In this document: one piece after another, positions 27,606 through 36,430 of the stretch | Position numbering within the stretch: position 1 is the stretch's first letter | Layout: each line of letters opens with the position of its first letter | Origin: Candidatus Levybacteria bacterium RIFCSPHIGHO2_01_FULL_36_15b | GTDB lineage: Bacteria; Patescibacteriota; Microgenomatia; Levybacterales; UBA12049 | NCBI GenBank assembly: GCA_001782045.1 | Contig: MFNK01000009.1 | Coordinates: 7,516 to 71,515, forward strand | Direction: 5' to 3' | DNA: 64,000 bases | Notes under the pieces: generated by a model | Told to the model about the DNA's origin: nothing | Databases searched by the model: none | What the model saw: the letters and a program-made list of their open reading frames with translations, nothing else | Translations under genes and position numbers: made by a program

Positions 27606-29702
27606 ATGCCCAAAAGACGTCATTATAGAAAACAAAAGTTTAAGATCAAGCTTAAAAAAACTACGATTTATTCTATTTTCGCTTTTGGAATAATGCTTTC
27701 TGCAATTCTTTTTGGAGCTTCTTTTACCAAAAACGGACCTTCGCTAGTTCTTATTAACGATTATTTAACTTATTATCTTGGTAGATTTTCGCTTCTATTT
27801 CCGTTAGTACTTTTAGTACTTGGATTTTTCTTTTTAAAGCTCAAGTTTTTTCTTTCAAAACCTAACGTTGCCGTAGGTGCTTTAATTTTTTATTTATCGT
27901 TGCTTGGCGCTTCTAAGTCCGGTTTTGTTGGAATTACTCTAAATTCTCTAATTGCGGATGTATTAGGAGGTTTTATTACTTTTGCCATTTATGCTTTTGG
28001 AATAGTTGTCGGTTTAATTGTGTTTTTTGATACTTCAATTGATGAAATAGTTCAAATAATTTCTTCAGTTTTTTCTTTAATTCAAAAATTAGTACCGGGA
28101 AACCTGCTTTCATTTTTTAAAAAGAAAGAAATCCCTGCACTTTCAGACAAGCAAATGATTATAAAAGGTATGGATGATCGATCTTCCAAAGATATGAAAA
28201 TAAACTCTAATTCTCCTAAAAAAGAAGAGCCACTTATTTCAGATAAGCTTGTTATGAATGTTCCGGGAAAAGCTGGTGTTTGGCATCTTCCTCCCTTAGA
28301 CTTACTTTCAAGCGACGCTCCGCAAAAAGCAGACAGAGGAGATGTTAAAAAAATCGCCGCAGATATAGAAAGAACTCTACAATCTTTTAATATAGGAGCA
28401 AAAGTTGTTGAAGTTAACTTAGGACCGGCAGTTACCCAATATGCCCTGCAGGTTCCTATGGGAATAAAAGTTTCTAAAATTACCTCCCTTGCTAACGATT
28501 TAGCGCTTAATACAGAGGCTCCAACTGGGCAAATAAGAATTGAAGCGCCGATTCCCGGAAGAAATTTAATTGGAGTAGAAATTCCAAATAGAAGCCTTGA
28601 GGTTGTAACTCTTCGCACAATGCTTTCAAGCGATCAGATGAAAAAACATAAATCCAAGCTTGCAGTTTCCTTAGGACTTGATGTTTCCGGGGATCCTCTT
28701 GTTGCAGATATTGGTAAAATGCCTCACGTATTAGTTGCAGGTACCACGGGAAGCGGAAAATCAGTTTTAATAAATTCTTTTATAGCGTCTCTGCTTTTTA
28801 GGGCAACTCCGGATGAGCTAAGACTTATTATGATTGATCCTAAAAGAGTAGAGCTAACCGGTTATAATGGCATCCCTCATTTGATGACACCAGTAATTGT
28901 AGAGGTTGATCAAATTTTGGCATCTTTAAAATGGGCTATGGGAGAAATGGATAGGCGCTACAAAACCTTTGCAGAACAAGGAGTAAGAAATATAGATTCC
29001 TATAACGAACTTGCAGGATTTCAAAGACTTCCATACATTGTAATTTTTGTAGATGAACTTGCTGATTTAATGGCTTATGCGCCGGTTGAGGTTGAAGATG
29101 CAATTGCACGACTTGCTCAAATGGCAAGAGCAACAGGAATACATTTGGTTGTTTCAACCCAAAGACCCTCAGTTGATGTTATAACGGGTTTAATTAAAGC
29201 AAATATTCCGGCTCGAATCGCATTTAACGTTTCTTCAATGATTGATTCCAGAGTTATAATAGATATGCCGGGGGCTGAAAAACTTCTGGGAAGAGGTGAT
29301 ATGCTTTACATTCCACCAGACCAGGCAAAACCAACAAGAATTCAGGGTGCATTTGTTTCAGAAAAAGAAGTCAGAAAGTTAGTAGACTTTTTAAAGGCAG
29401 AAAATCCGCCGGTAGAATATACAGAGGAGGTTTTAGCAGAGCCGCTTGTTAAAAAAGGCGGACACGGGAGCAGTTTGGATGGCGGTAGAGATGCTTTATT
29501 TGAAGAAGCCGTAAGAATCGTTTGCCAATATGACAGAGCATCAGCATCATTATTGCAAAGAAGATTATCTATTGGATATTCAAGAGCAGCAAAAATTATA
29601 GACCAGCTTGAAGAAGCCGGATTAATTGGAAGAGCAGACGGGAGTAAGCCAAGAGACGTTCTTATAAGAGATCCGGAAGAATTTCTTGCTAACTTAGGAT
29701 AA
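27606..29702 (+). CDS. ftsK: DNA translocase FtsK/SpoIIIE
   Basis: N-terminal TM helices, linker, motor domain with Walker A GTTGSGKSV, C-terminal gamma wHTH (LLQRRLSIGYSRAAKIIDQLEEAGLIG). Confidence 0.9.
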   Translation: MPKRRHYRKQKFKIKLKKTTIYSIFAFGIMLSAILFGASFTKNGPSLVLINDYLTYYLGRFSLLFPLVLLVLGFFFLKLKFFLSKPNVAVGALIFYLSLLGASKSGFVGITLNSLIADVLGGFITFAIYAFGIVVGLIVFFDTSIDEIVQIISSVFSLIQKLVPGNLLSFFKKKEIPALSDKQMIIKGMDDRSSKDMKINSNSPKKEEPLISDKLVMNVPGKAGVWHLPPLDLLSSDAPQKADRGDVKKIAADIERTLQSFNIGAKVVEVNLGPAVTQYALQVPMGIKVSKITSLANDLALNTEAPTGQIRIEAPIPGRNLIGVEIPNRSLEVVTLRTMLSSDQMKKHKSKLAVSLGLDVSGDPLVADIGKMPHVLVAGTTGSGKSVLINSFIASLLFRATPDELRLIMIDPKRVELTGYNGIPHLMTPVIVEVDQILASLKWAMGEMDRRYKTFAEQGVRNIDSYNELAGFQRLPYIVIFVDELADLMAYAPVEVEDAIARLAQMARATGIHLVVSTQRPSVDVITGLIKANIPARIAFNVSSMIDSRVIIDMPGAEKLLGRGDMLYIPPDQAKPTRIQGAFVSEKEVRKLVDFLKAENPPVEYTEEVLAEPLVKKGGHGSSLDGGRDALFEEAVRIVCQYDRASASLLQRRLSIGYSRAAKIIDQLEEAGLIGRADGSKPRDVLIRDPEEFLANLG

Positions 29703-29711
29703 GCCCCCTTT

Positions 29712-30353
29712 ATGATTAAAGCCAGTGAAAAATTATTAGAGAAAAGACTTGAATTAGGACTTTCTTTAGAGAAAATCGAAAAATCTACAAAAATTAAAGC
29801 AGATTACCTTAGTTTAATCGAAAATGGAAAATTTTCCAGTCTTCCTTCTATTTCCCACGCTTCTGGATTTGTTAAAAATTATGCAAAATTTTTGGGAATT
29901 TCAGAAAAAGAAATTATGCCGCTCTTTAGACGTGAGTTTGATGCAGAATCCGAGTATAGAGTCTTACCTAAGAGCTTTGAAGAGAGGGAGGGGTTTCCAA
30001 TTAGAAATTTTAAGCTAGGAAATGGTTTATTTATCGTAGGGATTGTACTTGTTATTTTTATAGCTTATATTCTTTTTCAATATAGGTACGCTTTTATAAA
30101 TCCACCGCTTACAGTTTATAACCCGCAGGACAGAAGTGTAATAGTTGCACAACAACTCGAAGTCAAGGGTAAAACAGAACCGGAGACCAACATTTTTATA
30201 AATAAAAATCCTGCAACAGTTGATAGCAGAGGTAATTTTTCCAAAACAATTAGTGTTTTTCCCGGAAATTTTGTGCTTAATATAGATGCTGTAAATAAAT
30301 TTGGAAAAAAGACAAGTAAGAAAATAATTATTGAAATTAAATCGGGCACTTGA
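29712..30353 (+). CDS. rodZ: RodZ-like cytoskeleton protein (N-terminal XRE-type HTH, single TM, C-terminal DUF4115-like domain)
   Basis: HTH (LGLSLEKIEKSTKIKADYLSLIENGKF), TM (LFIVGIVLVIFIAYILF), C-terminal beta-rich domain. Confidence 0.55.
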   Translation: MIKASEKLLEKRLELGLSLEKIEKSTKIKADYLSLIENGKFSSLPSISHASGFVKNYAKFLGISEKEIMPLFRREFDAESEYRVLPKSFEEREGFPIRNFKLGNGLFIVGIVLVIFIAYILFQYRYAFINPPLTVYNPQDRSVIVAQQLEVKGKTEPETNIFINKNPATVDSRGNFSKTISVFPGNFVLNIDAVNKFGKKTSKKIIIEIKSGT

Positions 30354-30387
30354 CCTTTTTAACCTTTTGGGTTAAGTTAATTGTATG

Positions 30388-30508
30388 GATCCCGTTAAAA
30401 GCCGCGATCGCATATGGTTCATAGCAATGAAAATTGAACTTTCGATATCATACGAATATAAGATCAAAGGAGGAATTAAGCAGATCGCAATCTGCTTTTA
30501 AACGGGAT
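30388..30508 (+). promoter_or_regulatory. long-range inverted repeat (ATCCCGTTAAAAGC ... GCTTTTAAACGGGAT, 14 bp with one bulge) enclosing a 92-nt loop that contains an AAGGAGG box and an internal hairpin. Right arm ends on the AT of the ATG at 30507
   Basis: Arms 30388-30401 and 30494-30508. Same arm core and geometry recur at 58316-58395. Confidence 0.4.
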
Positions 30509-30773
30509 GGATACTGCTCAAGTTGTATTATTTTTAGTTATCATAATCCTCACGGTTCTTCTTGTGGTTTTGGGGATACAAGTATTTTTTATCTTAAGGG
30601 AGCTTCGTAAAACAGTAGATAGAGCAAATAAAATTCTTGAAGATGCAAGCGAGATAACAGAAAATGTTAGAAAACCGGTAAGTTCCTTATCGTCTTTGGC
30701 AATGGGTCTTAAAACCGGTGCCACAATTGCAAAAATATTTCAAGGAGATAAGAGGGGTAAAAAAGATGAATAA
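30507..30773 (+). CDS. small membrane protein, DUF948/YtxG-like
   Basis: 88 aa; N-terminal TM followed by a coiled-coil. Confidence 0.45.
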   Translation: MDTAQVVLFLVIIILTVLLVVLGIQVFFILRELRKTVDRANKILEDASEITENVRKPVSSLSSLAMGLKTGATIAKIFQGDKRGKKDE

Positions 30774-31053
30774 TAATGGCGGAAGCAGATTTTTTGATGG
30801 GTTTTTACTTGGCATTGTTATTGGTGCCGCTGCGGTTTATCTTTTTGGAACAAAATCCGGTAAAAGATTAGTTAAAAAATTCTCCGAGGAAGGCTTTAGC
30901 GGCTTTGAAGAATTAATAGAGAATTATAATAGCAATGAAGATGAATTTGAAGCCCAACCGGAAGAAAAGGAAAACTCCATGGAAAAAGAGCCTACAATTA
31001 TTGCCGTTAAGCCCAAAAAGAGATTATTCAAAAGGTTTAGAAGAGTTGATTAG
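30766..31053 (+). CDS. small membrane protein, YtxH-like
   Basis: MNNNGGSRFFDGFLLGIVIGAAAVYLFGTKSGKRL matches the YtxH G-rich TM motif. ATG 30766 with SD aagagggg; 8-nt overlap with the upstream gene. The ORF track's longer frame from 30718 is probably over-extended. Confidence 0.45.
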   Translation: MNNNGGSRFFDGFLLGIVIGAAAVYLFGTKSGKRLVKKFSEEGFSGFEELIENYNSNEDEFEAQPEEKENSMEKEPTIIAVKPKKRLFKRFRRVD

Positions 31054-32003
31054 TTTGAAAGACCGTATTTATTTATATTTTCCTGTTGCTCCGCTAATGT
31101 TTTAGCATAACGATTAGTCCCCGTTTTATCAGTAATATAAAAAAGGTACGAAGTGTTGGAAGGATTTACTACAGCTTTTAAGCTAGCCAATCCCGGGTTT
31201 GAAATTGGACCTGGCGGAAGACCATTTATCTGATATGTATTATAAGGCGAGTTAAGAGAATAGTCTGTTCTTAAGATTGGTCTCCACCATTTATTATCAA
31301 TTTTACCTTTGGCATATTGAATTGTGGCATCAATATCAAGTTTCATTCCTATTTCTAGCCTATTTAAAATAACACTAGCAACAATTGGTCTGTCCTCGTC
31401 GTGTTTTGATTCTCTTTCTACTAGAGAAGCTATAGTTACGATTTTGTCTTTTGAAAGATTTGTCCTAGATATATCTAGAGACGAATATTTTTTTTCAAAA
31501 TTATTTTTCATAATAGAAACGATTGTATCTACATCGGAATCTTTAGGAAATAAGTAGGTATCAGGAAAAAGATATCCTTCATTTTCAATTAGGGTTTGAT
31601 TCCAGGATTTATCGTAGGTTGGCATTTTATTCTGTAAAGATTCATCAATTTGGGCTGCACGAAAACCTTCCGGAATAGTTACCCAAATATCAAGCGTTCC
31701 GTGTGTTAGATTTTCTGCAATATCATATGTATTCATTGATGGTGACAATCTAAAGGACCCTGCTTGAATTTTTTTATCTAATCCTGTTTGTTTAGTAATA
31801 AGAAAGAAAACAATAGGATCTCTTATGAGTTCTTGAGATTTTAAATTGTATGCTATAGCCCTGACGTTATCTCCCTGACTGATTACAAAAGTTTTTATCT
31901 CCTTGCTTTCTTTATTAACCGGATAATTTCCGTTTTGCCACCAAAATATTGCACCTATAAAAAGAATTAGTAAAATTATTAATAAAACTATAGATTTTTT
32001 CAT
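31050..32003 (-). CDS. mltG: endolytic murein transglycosylase MltG (YceG family)
   Basis: N-terminal TM plus YceG-like domain. 317 aa. Confidence 0.75.
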   Translation of the reverse strand: MKKSIVLLIILLILFIGAIFWWQNGNYPVNKESKEIKTFVISQGDNVRAIAYNLKSQELIRDPIVFFLITKQTGLDKKIQAGSFRLSPSMNTYDIAENLTHGTLDIWVTIPEGFRAAQIDESLQNKMPTYDKSWNQTLIENEGYLFPDTYLFPKDSDVDTIVSIMKNNFEKKYSSLDISRTNLSKDKIVTIASLVERESKHDEDRPIVASVILNRLEIGMKLDIDATIQYAKGKIDNKWWRPILRTDYSLNSPYNTYQINGLPPGPISNPGLASLKAVVNPSNTSYLFYITDKTGTNRYAKTLAEQQENINKYGLSN

Positions 32004-32046
32004 AGATTCGATTTCCTCACTATGACCCTGAGCCTAGTCGAACGGG

Positions 32047-33324
32047 TCATTCGTATTCTATGATTGGAAAATTATGCAAAGCCTCTTTTGCCTCCCTAAG
32101 ATTATACATGTTTTCCGCAAAAAGTGTATATAATGTATCATCTAATTTGACGCTCTCTCCCAACTTTTTGTCTAAATATATGCCTGAGGATTTAGCAAGC
32201 GGAGCTCCTAAAATTCTTGCAATAGAAGTTAAGTTACGAATACTTAACTCATTTACTATGCCCTCTTTTTTTGCTTTCTCTTTATGTATAAATTTTCCTA
32301 AAGGAAGCGCCGAACTATCTATCTTAGGGTTTCCCCCTTGAGCTTTTATTATTTGTTTAAATTTTTCTAAAGCTATTTTTTCCTGCAATAAATGTAATAC
32401 CCACGCATAAGTATTCTTGAAGTTTTTTTCCACATAGTCTTTTGTTTTCTTATCATCTGCAAGACAAAGGTCTAATAATTCTGTAGAAAGATGAATACTT
32501 CTTAACTCTAAATCAGTTGGTCTGTCATCTGTTTGTTCCAAAACTTTTAAGGTATCTGTTATTTCCAAAACTGGTCCGATACCTCGTCCTGCTGGTTCCA
32601 GAGTTTTATATATAATAATTTTTATTTTGACTTTAAACTTTCTGGCCAAAAATTCAAATTTATTTTTTAAAACCTCTGCGTCTTTTAAAGTATGAACTTT
32701 AACAGTTTTTCCATAAGGTAAATCTATAATTATATGATTTGATCCGAAAGCTATTTTTTTAGCCATAATAGATACGACAATTTTGTCATAAGACTCAAAA
32801 AGCAAAGGCCTCTCTACCTGAATTAGTACATCATCTGCCGGGGCTAAATTAAAACTTCCGCCCCAAACAATACATCCATTTGTTTTTTTTACTGTTTCGT
32901 AAATTTGCTCTTTTGTTAAATTTACAGGAGCAAGTACTTCCATGTCATCTGCTGTGCCATCTGGAGAAGTGATAGCGCGGGAAGAGCTTTTTGGAATTTT
33001 AAAACCCGCTGCCGCAACTATTGCTACAACAATTGGGGTAGTTCTTGTTCCCGGTACGCCACCAATCGAATGCTTATCCGCAACAATTCCCGGAAACGTA
33101 AGTTTTTCTCCTGTTTCTACCATTGCGCGCGTCAAATAATAAAGTTCTTCATTGCTAAAGCCTTTTGAATATCCCGAAGCTGCGAAATAAGTGGTTAAAA
33201 TATCTCCGAATTTCTTCTTTGATATTTCGTCCATAATTGAATATATTTCTTTGTAAGATAATTTCTTTCCAAGTAATTTTTTTCTGACAGCATTAATTGC
33301 TAGATGATTTTCGTCCATATTCAA
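32047..33324 (-). CDS. thymidine/pyrimidine-nucleoside (or AMP) phosphorylase family protein
   Basis: Glycosyl-transferase family 3 core (ADKHSIGGVPG.RTTP) with C-terminal PYNP domain. 425 aa. Confidence 0.7.
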   Translation of the reverse strand: MNMDENHLAINAVRKKLLGKKLSYKEIYSIMDEISKKKFGDILTTYFAASGYSKGFSNEELYYLTRAMVETGEKLTFPGIVADKHSIGGVPGTRTTPIVVAIVAAAGFKIPKSSSRAITSPDGTADDMEVLAPVNLTKEQIYETVKKTNGCIVWGGSFNLAPADDVLIQVERPLLFESYDKIVVSIMAKKIAFGSNHIIIDLPYGKTVKVHTLKDAEVLKNKFEFLARKFKVKIKIIIYKTLEPAGRGIGPVLEITDTLKVLEQTDDRPTDLELRSIHLSTELLDLCLADDKKTKDYVEKNFKNTYAWVLHLLQEKIALEKFKQIIKAQGGNPKIDSSALPLGKFIHKEKAKKEGIVNELSIRNLTSIARILGAPLAKSSGIYLDKKLGESVKLDDTLYTLFAENMYNLREAKEALHNFPIIEYE

Positions 33325-33427
33325 TCTTTAATTTGTGATAAGGCAATCCCAATTGATGATTTAATTATTCTTAAAATTAATGAAAATAAATTTAACAAAA
33401 ATATTTTAAGCTTAGTAACTAAATCTT

Positions 33428-34153
33428 TCATATTTTAGTGAGTCTTGCTTTCACTACAAGTCTTTTCCAAATAGTTCCGGGAGGAGTACAAGTTATAAGA
33501 GTTAAGAAACTATCTCCGTAATTTTGCTCAAGTACTGCTGTATTTGTCGGATCTACAACAGTTATGGATTCAATTTTATAATTGTATATTACATTTCCCA
33601 CTTTTACTATAATGTCGTCTCCGGTTTGCAATTTAAAAAGATAAGAAAAAATAGTTTTGTAATCCTTTTGGTTGTAAAGCTGGGGAAGAGTAGAGTGACC
33701 AAAAATTACTGCATTTCCTCTTTCTGGAGGAAGAGCAGTTCCTCCATAATTAACAAGGTGTTTTGTTAAGTCTGTATCTTTTGCAGAAACTTCTGCGTTT
33801 TCAATTCCAATTTTAGGAATGGAAATATTATATATAGGAGTTTTTAGATTTCCGTTTTTTGGATTATATCCGGGAAACCAGTTTTGCGCATCTGCATAAT
33901 TTATTCCTGATAGGCTTTCGGATGCACCGCTTATAAGGGATGCAAGTGTGTTTCCTGAAACAATGCTAACCTTTGGAATGGGAGCGTTAATTTCCTGATT
34001 TGCAAAAACAGGAGCAAAGTATATTTGCCAGGAGATTAAAGGAAAAAAAGCGTAAATAAAAATTGAAACTCCAAATATTAGACTTGTAAAACTTAGGAGT
34101 CTAAGAATATTTTTCCTGCCTTTTGGGTTTCCTTTTTTATAATACTTAACCAT
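33428..34153 (-). CDS. sortase (cysteine transpeptidase)
   Basis: N-terminal TM, catalytic His (VIFGHS), TLxTC motif (LTLITCTP), conserved Arg near C-terminus. Confidence 0.8.
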   Translation of the reverse strand: MVKYYKKGNPKGRKNILRLLSFTSLIFGVSIFIYAFFPLISWQIYFAPVFANQEINAPIPKVSIVSGNTLASLISGASESLSGINYADAQNWFPGYNPKNGNLKTPIYNISIPKIGIENAEVSAKDTDLTKHLVNYGGTALPPERGNAVIFGHSTLPQLYNQKDYKTIFSYLFKLQTGDDIIVKVGNVIYNYKIESITVVDPTNTAVLEQNYGDSFLTLITCTPPGTIWKRLVVKARLTKI

Positions 34154-36430
34154 TTAGTTATTTTGCACATTTATTTCTATGTTGTTTGGATTTTTGGGCA
34201 ATCCAGAATTTAAAAACGGGATTGAGGGATTAAATAAAGTTTCAACTTTTTCAACATTTTGTAAATTATTTAAATAGTTTTGTGCTTTTTGCAAATCCTG
34301 TCCCTGTATTTGTGTTTTAATTTCGTTCAAATCAAGTTTTGGTAATACTTTAACATTTATTGCAAGTTCCGCTACGGTATCTCTGTTCTTTTCTACAGTC
34401 AGTTTTTTTACATCTGTTTTTATAGCGCTTTTTAAAATATTTACTTCTGCACTGTCAAATAGCATCTCTACAAGACTTATCATATCGCTGTTTTCATAAG
34501 CTATGTAATTAAAAGCGACTGTTGCGTTAAGTGTGAGCTTATTAGACTCATCCCCTTCTTTTTTATCGAATTTTTCATCCGATAAATCGGTATCTACAAA
34601 TTGCGGGAGAATAGTTTTTCCTTTTTCTATCTTTCCTGCAATGGCCTCTTTTGCCTTATCCTCAAGTGCCTTAGGAAGGGCAGCTCTTGCTTTTGCCATG
34701 TCATCTTTAGAAACTACATTCACGTTTTTCTTTGTTCCTCCGGAGAATGCGTTGTCATTTTTTGCTCCTATTGCTTTATTGCTTCCAATTGTAAACTTGG
34801 TGTCAGAAGGAAGATTATATTCCGTTCCTATTTTTTCTGCTGTTACTTCTACATTTGCAGTTCCAGGTTTTGTTCCGGAAAAAACATCACCTGATGCGGA
34901 TGCAATTGATATTGTTTTGTCCAGCGTAAACTTAAGTCCATTCGATGAAGTTATTACGGTTCCTTCGTTAAGCTTAATAGGGTCAGTGTCGTTATTAAAA
35001 ACCGTTACCGTTCCTTTTGCGTTTGTTCCCACGTCTTTTTTGCCGACTACATCGATGGTTGTCGATCCGCTTTCCTCAATCGGAACAATGGTTGCTTCAA
35101 TTATATTTTCATCAAGCTTTGTGGAAGAGTTAGGAGAAAAAGTAACTTCAGCGTTTTTAGTTTGTGTTATTGTTTTAACCGTTATGTTAACTTTTGCTTT
35201 TGCCTGAAATAGAAAAATAAAATAAAACAAAATTACTCCAAGAATTACAACACCCGCAATTAGCAGCATCTTTTTATCTCTAATGTTTAAATTTCTTAAA
35301 GAGTCTTTTGCAACTAAGGATCTTGCCTTAGTAAAAGACGTTTTTGCTTTTTCTATAAGCAATACTCCTAAAGCTCCTAAGTTAGATTTTTTTTCTTCTC
35401 TTATTTTTACATCCTCTGGAATTTCTTCACTTACTTCATTCAGATTTTCACTTGGAACACTGTCTTTAGGTTTTTCATATCTTGGTTTATTTTTGGCAAC
35501 GTCGGCATTGCTAAAGCCAAAAAAATCCATAGATCCTTCTTGTCCTACATAATCCAAATCGCCGGTTTCTTTATCTTCCGCTTTAATTTCTTCTGCCACT
35601 TCATTCTTGCTAACATTTTCTTCCTCGCCTTCTTCTCTTTTTTCCATAACAATTTGATTTTCATCAAACTGCAGAGTTGCACCCATTTGAGTAGCAGCAC
35701 CTAAAAGTACAGCTTTTACATCGGCATTAGCAGGTAGCATCATAATTTGGGGAATATGCAAAAAGTTTAAACTCTTACTCCACTGATGATTTAGAAATTC
35801 CTGAGTTAATTCATCTTCGTCTGAATTTAATAAAATTACTCTTGCAGGCATAACCGCAGGTGTTTCTAAGTGTTTAAGAAGTGTATCTACTGTAAAAGAA
35901 GCACCTTCGTGAATTTCGGTTGTTCTTGCCTCCATGATTTTTCCGCTTTTTATGTAATATACGGTTAAATATTTTTTTCCAATTTCGGCAAGTATTGCTG
36001 TTACTGGGGCGCCTTCTTCTTTTTGTAAAAGATTTGTTACGCTTTCGCTAAATGTTAGAAAACCAATTGGATCAAGGGATAATTCTTCTCCTACCTTTTT
36101 TAATTTATCTAAATATTCTTTTTTAATTTTATCAGCCTCTATCCAGTTATCTTTTAAGGCAAGAATTGTTTTATATTTATCAGGAGAAGTGCCTAGGGAA
36201 GTTTCAGCGCCAGATACTGCTTTATCTAATACATTTAAGAATTCCTCAAGCGATGCATCCTCAATTGTATTTGTAAATTCTTCCTCGGATGAACTAATGT
36301 ACTTTAGGTTGCTCCCAGTCTTTTCAAAAATAACGGCCTTTGCCTTCTCGTTTCTTAAAATAAGAGAGAGGTAATATTCTTTATCCTCTTTTTTGCCAAC
36401 GTTGAGCAGATTAGAAATGTTCATATTCAA
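34154..36430 (-). CDS. large bitopic membrane protein: ~390-aa cytoplasmic N-domain (possible FtsA/PilM-like actin fold), one TM, ~340-aa extracytoplasmic beta-rich C-domain
   Basis: TM LLIAGVVILGVILFYFIFLF. N-domain resembles the PilM/FtsA SHS2 pattern only loosely. Stop/start junction with sortase (34153/34154). Confidence 0.45.
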   Translation of the reverse strand: MNMNISNLLNVGKKEDKEYYLSLILRNEKAKAVIFEKTGSNLKYISSSEEEFTNTIEDASLEEFLNVLDKAVSGAETSLGTSPDKYKTILALKDNWIEADKIKKEYLDKLKKVGEELSLDPIGFLTFSESVTNLLQKEEGAPVTAILAEIGKKYLTVYYIKSGKIMEARTTEIHEGASFTVDTLLKHLETPAVMPARVILLNSDEDELTQEFLNHQWSKSLNFLHIPQIMMLPANADVKAVLLGAATQMGATLQFDENQIVMEKREEGEEENVSKNEVAEEIKAEDKETGDLDYVGQEGSMDFFGFSNADVAKNKPRYEKPKDSVPSENLNEVSEEIPEDVKIREEKKSNLGALGVLLIEKAKTSFTKARSLVAKDSLRNLNIRDKKMLLIAGVVILGVILFYFIFLFQAKAKVNITVKTITQTKNAEVTFSPNSSTKLDENIIEATIVPIEESGSTTIDVVGKKDVGTNAKGTVTVFNNDTDPIKLNEGTVITSSNGLKFTLDKTISIASASGDVFSGTKPGTANVEVTAEKIGTEYNLPSDTKFTIGSNKAIGAKNDNAFSGGTKKNVNVVSKDDMAKARAALPKALEDKAKEAIAGKIEKGKTILPQFVDTDLSDEKFDKKEGDESNKLTLNATVAFNYIAYENSDMISLVEMLFDSAEVNILKSAIKTDVKKLTVEKNRDTVAELAINVKVLPKLDLNEIKTQIQGQDLQKAQNYLNNLQNVEKVETLFNPSIPFLNSGLPKNPNNIEINVQNN

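Noticed and set aside
28082-28618. 178-aa minus-strand ORF
   Set aside because: Antisense to the ftsK linker/motor region. Judged spurious.
30466-30472. AAGGAGG as the ribosome-binding site of the 30507 ORF, or an SRP-RNA-like motif (GGAA..AGCAG)
   Set aside because: 34 nt from the ATG is too far for an SD. Resemblance to the SRP RNA domain IV consensus is only partial (no GNRA-helix context). It is better treated as part of the inverted-repeat element.
32004-32046. Hairpin ATGACCC-n15-GGGTCAT between the phosphorylase and mltG genes as a terminator
   Set aside because: No U-tract on the transcribed (minus) strand, and it sits right at the mltG SD. Possibly structural, but not supportable as a terminator.
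34533-35207. 224-aa plus-strand ORF (and nested 34601-34894, 35283-35552)
   Set aside because: Antisense to the large membrane-protein gene. Ser/Phe-rich low-complexity translation typical of the reverse frame of a Lys/Glu-rich gene.
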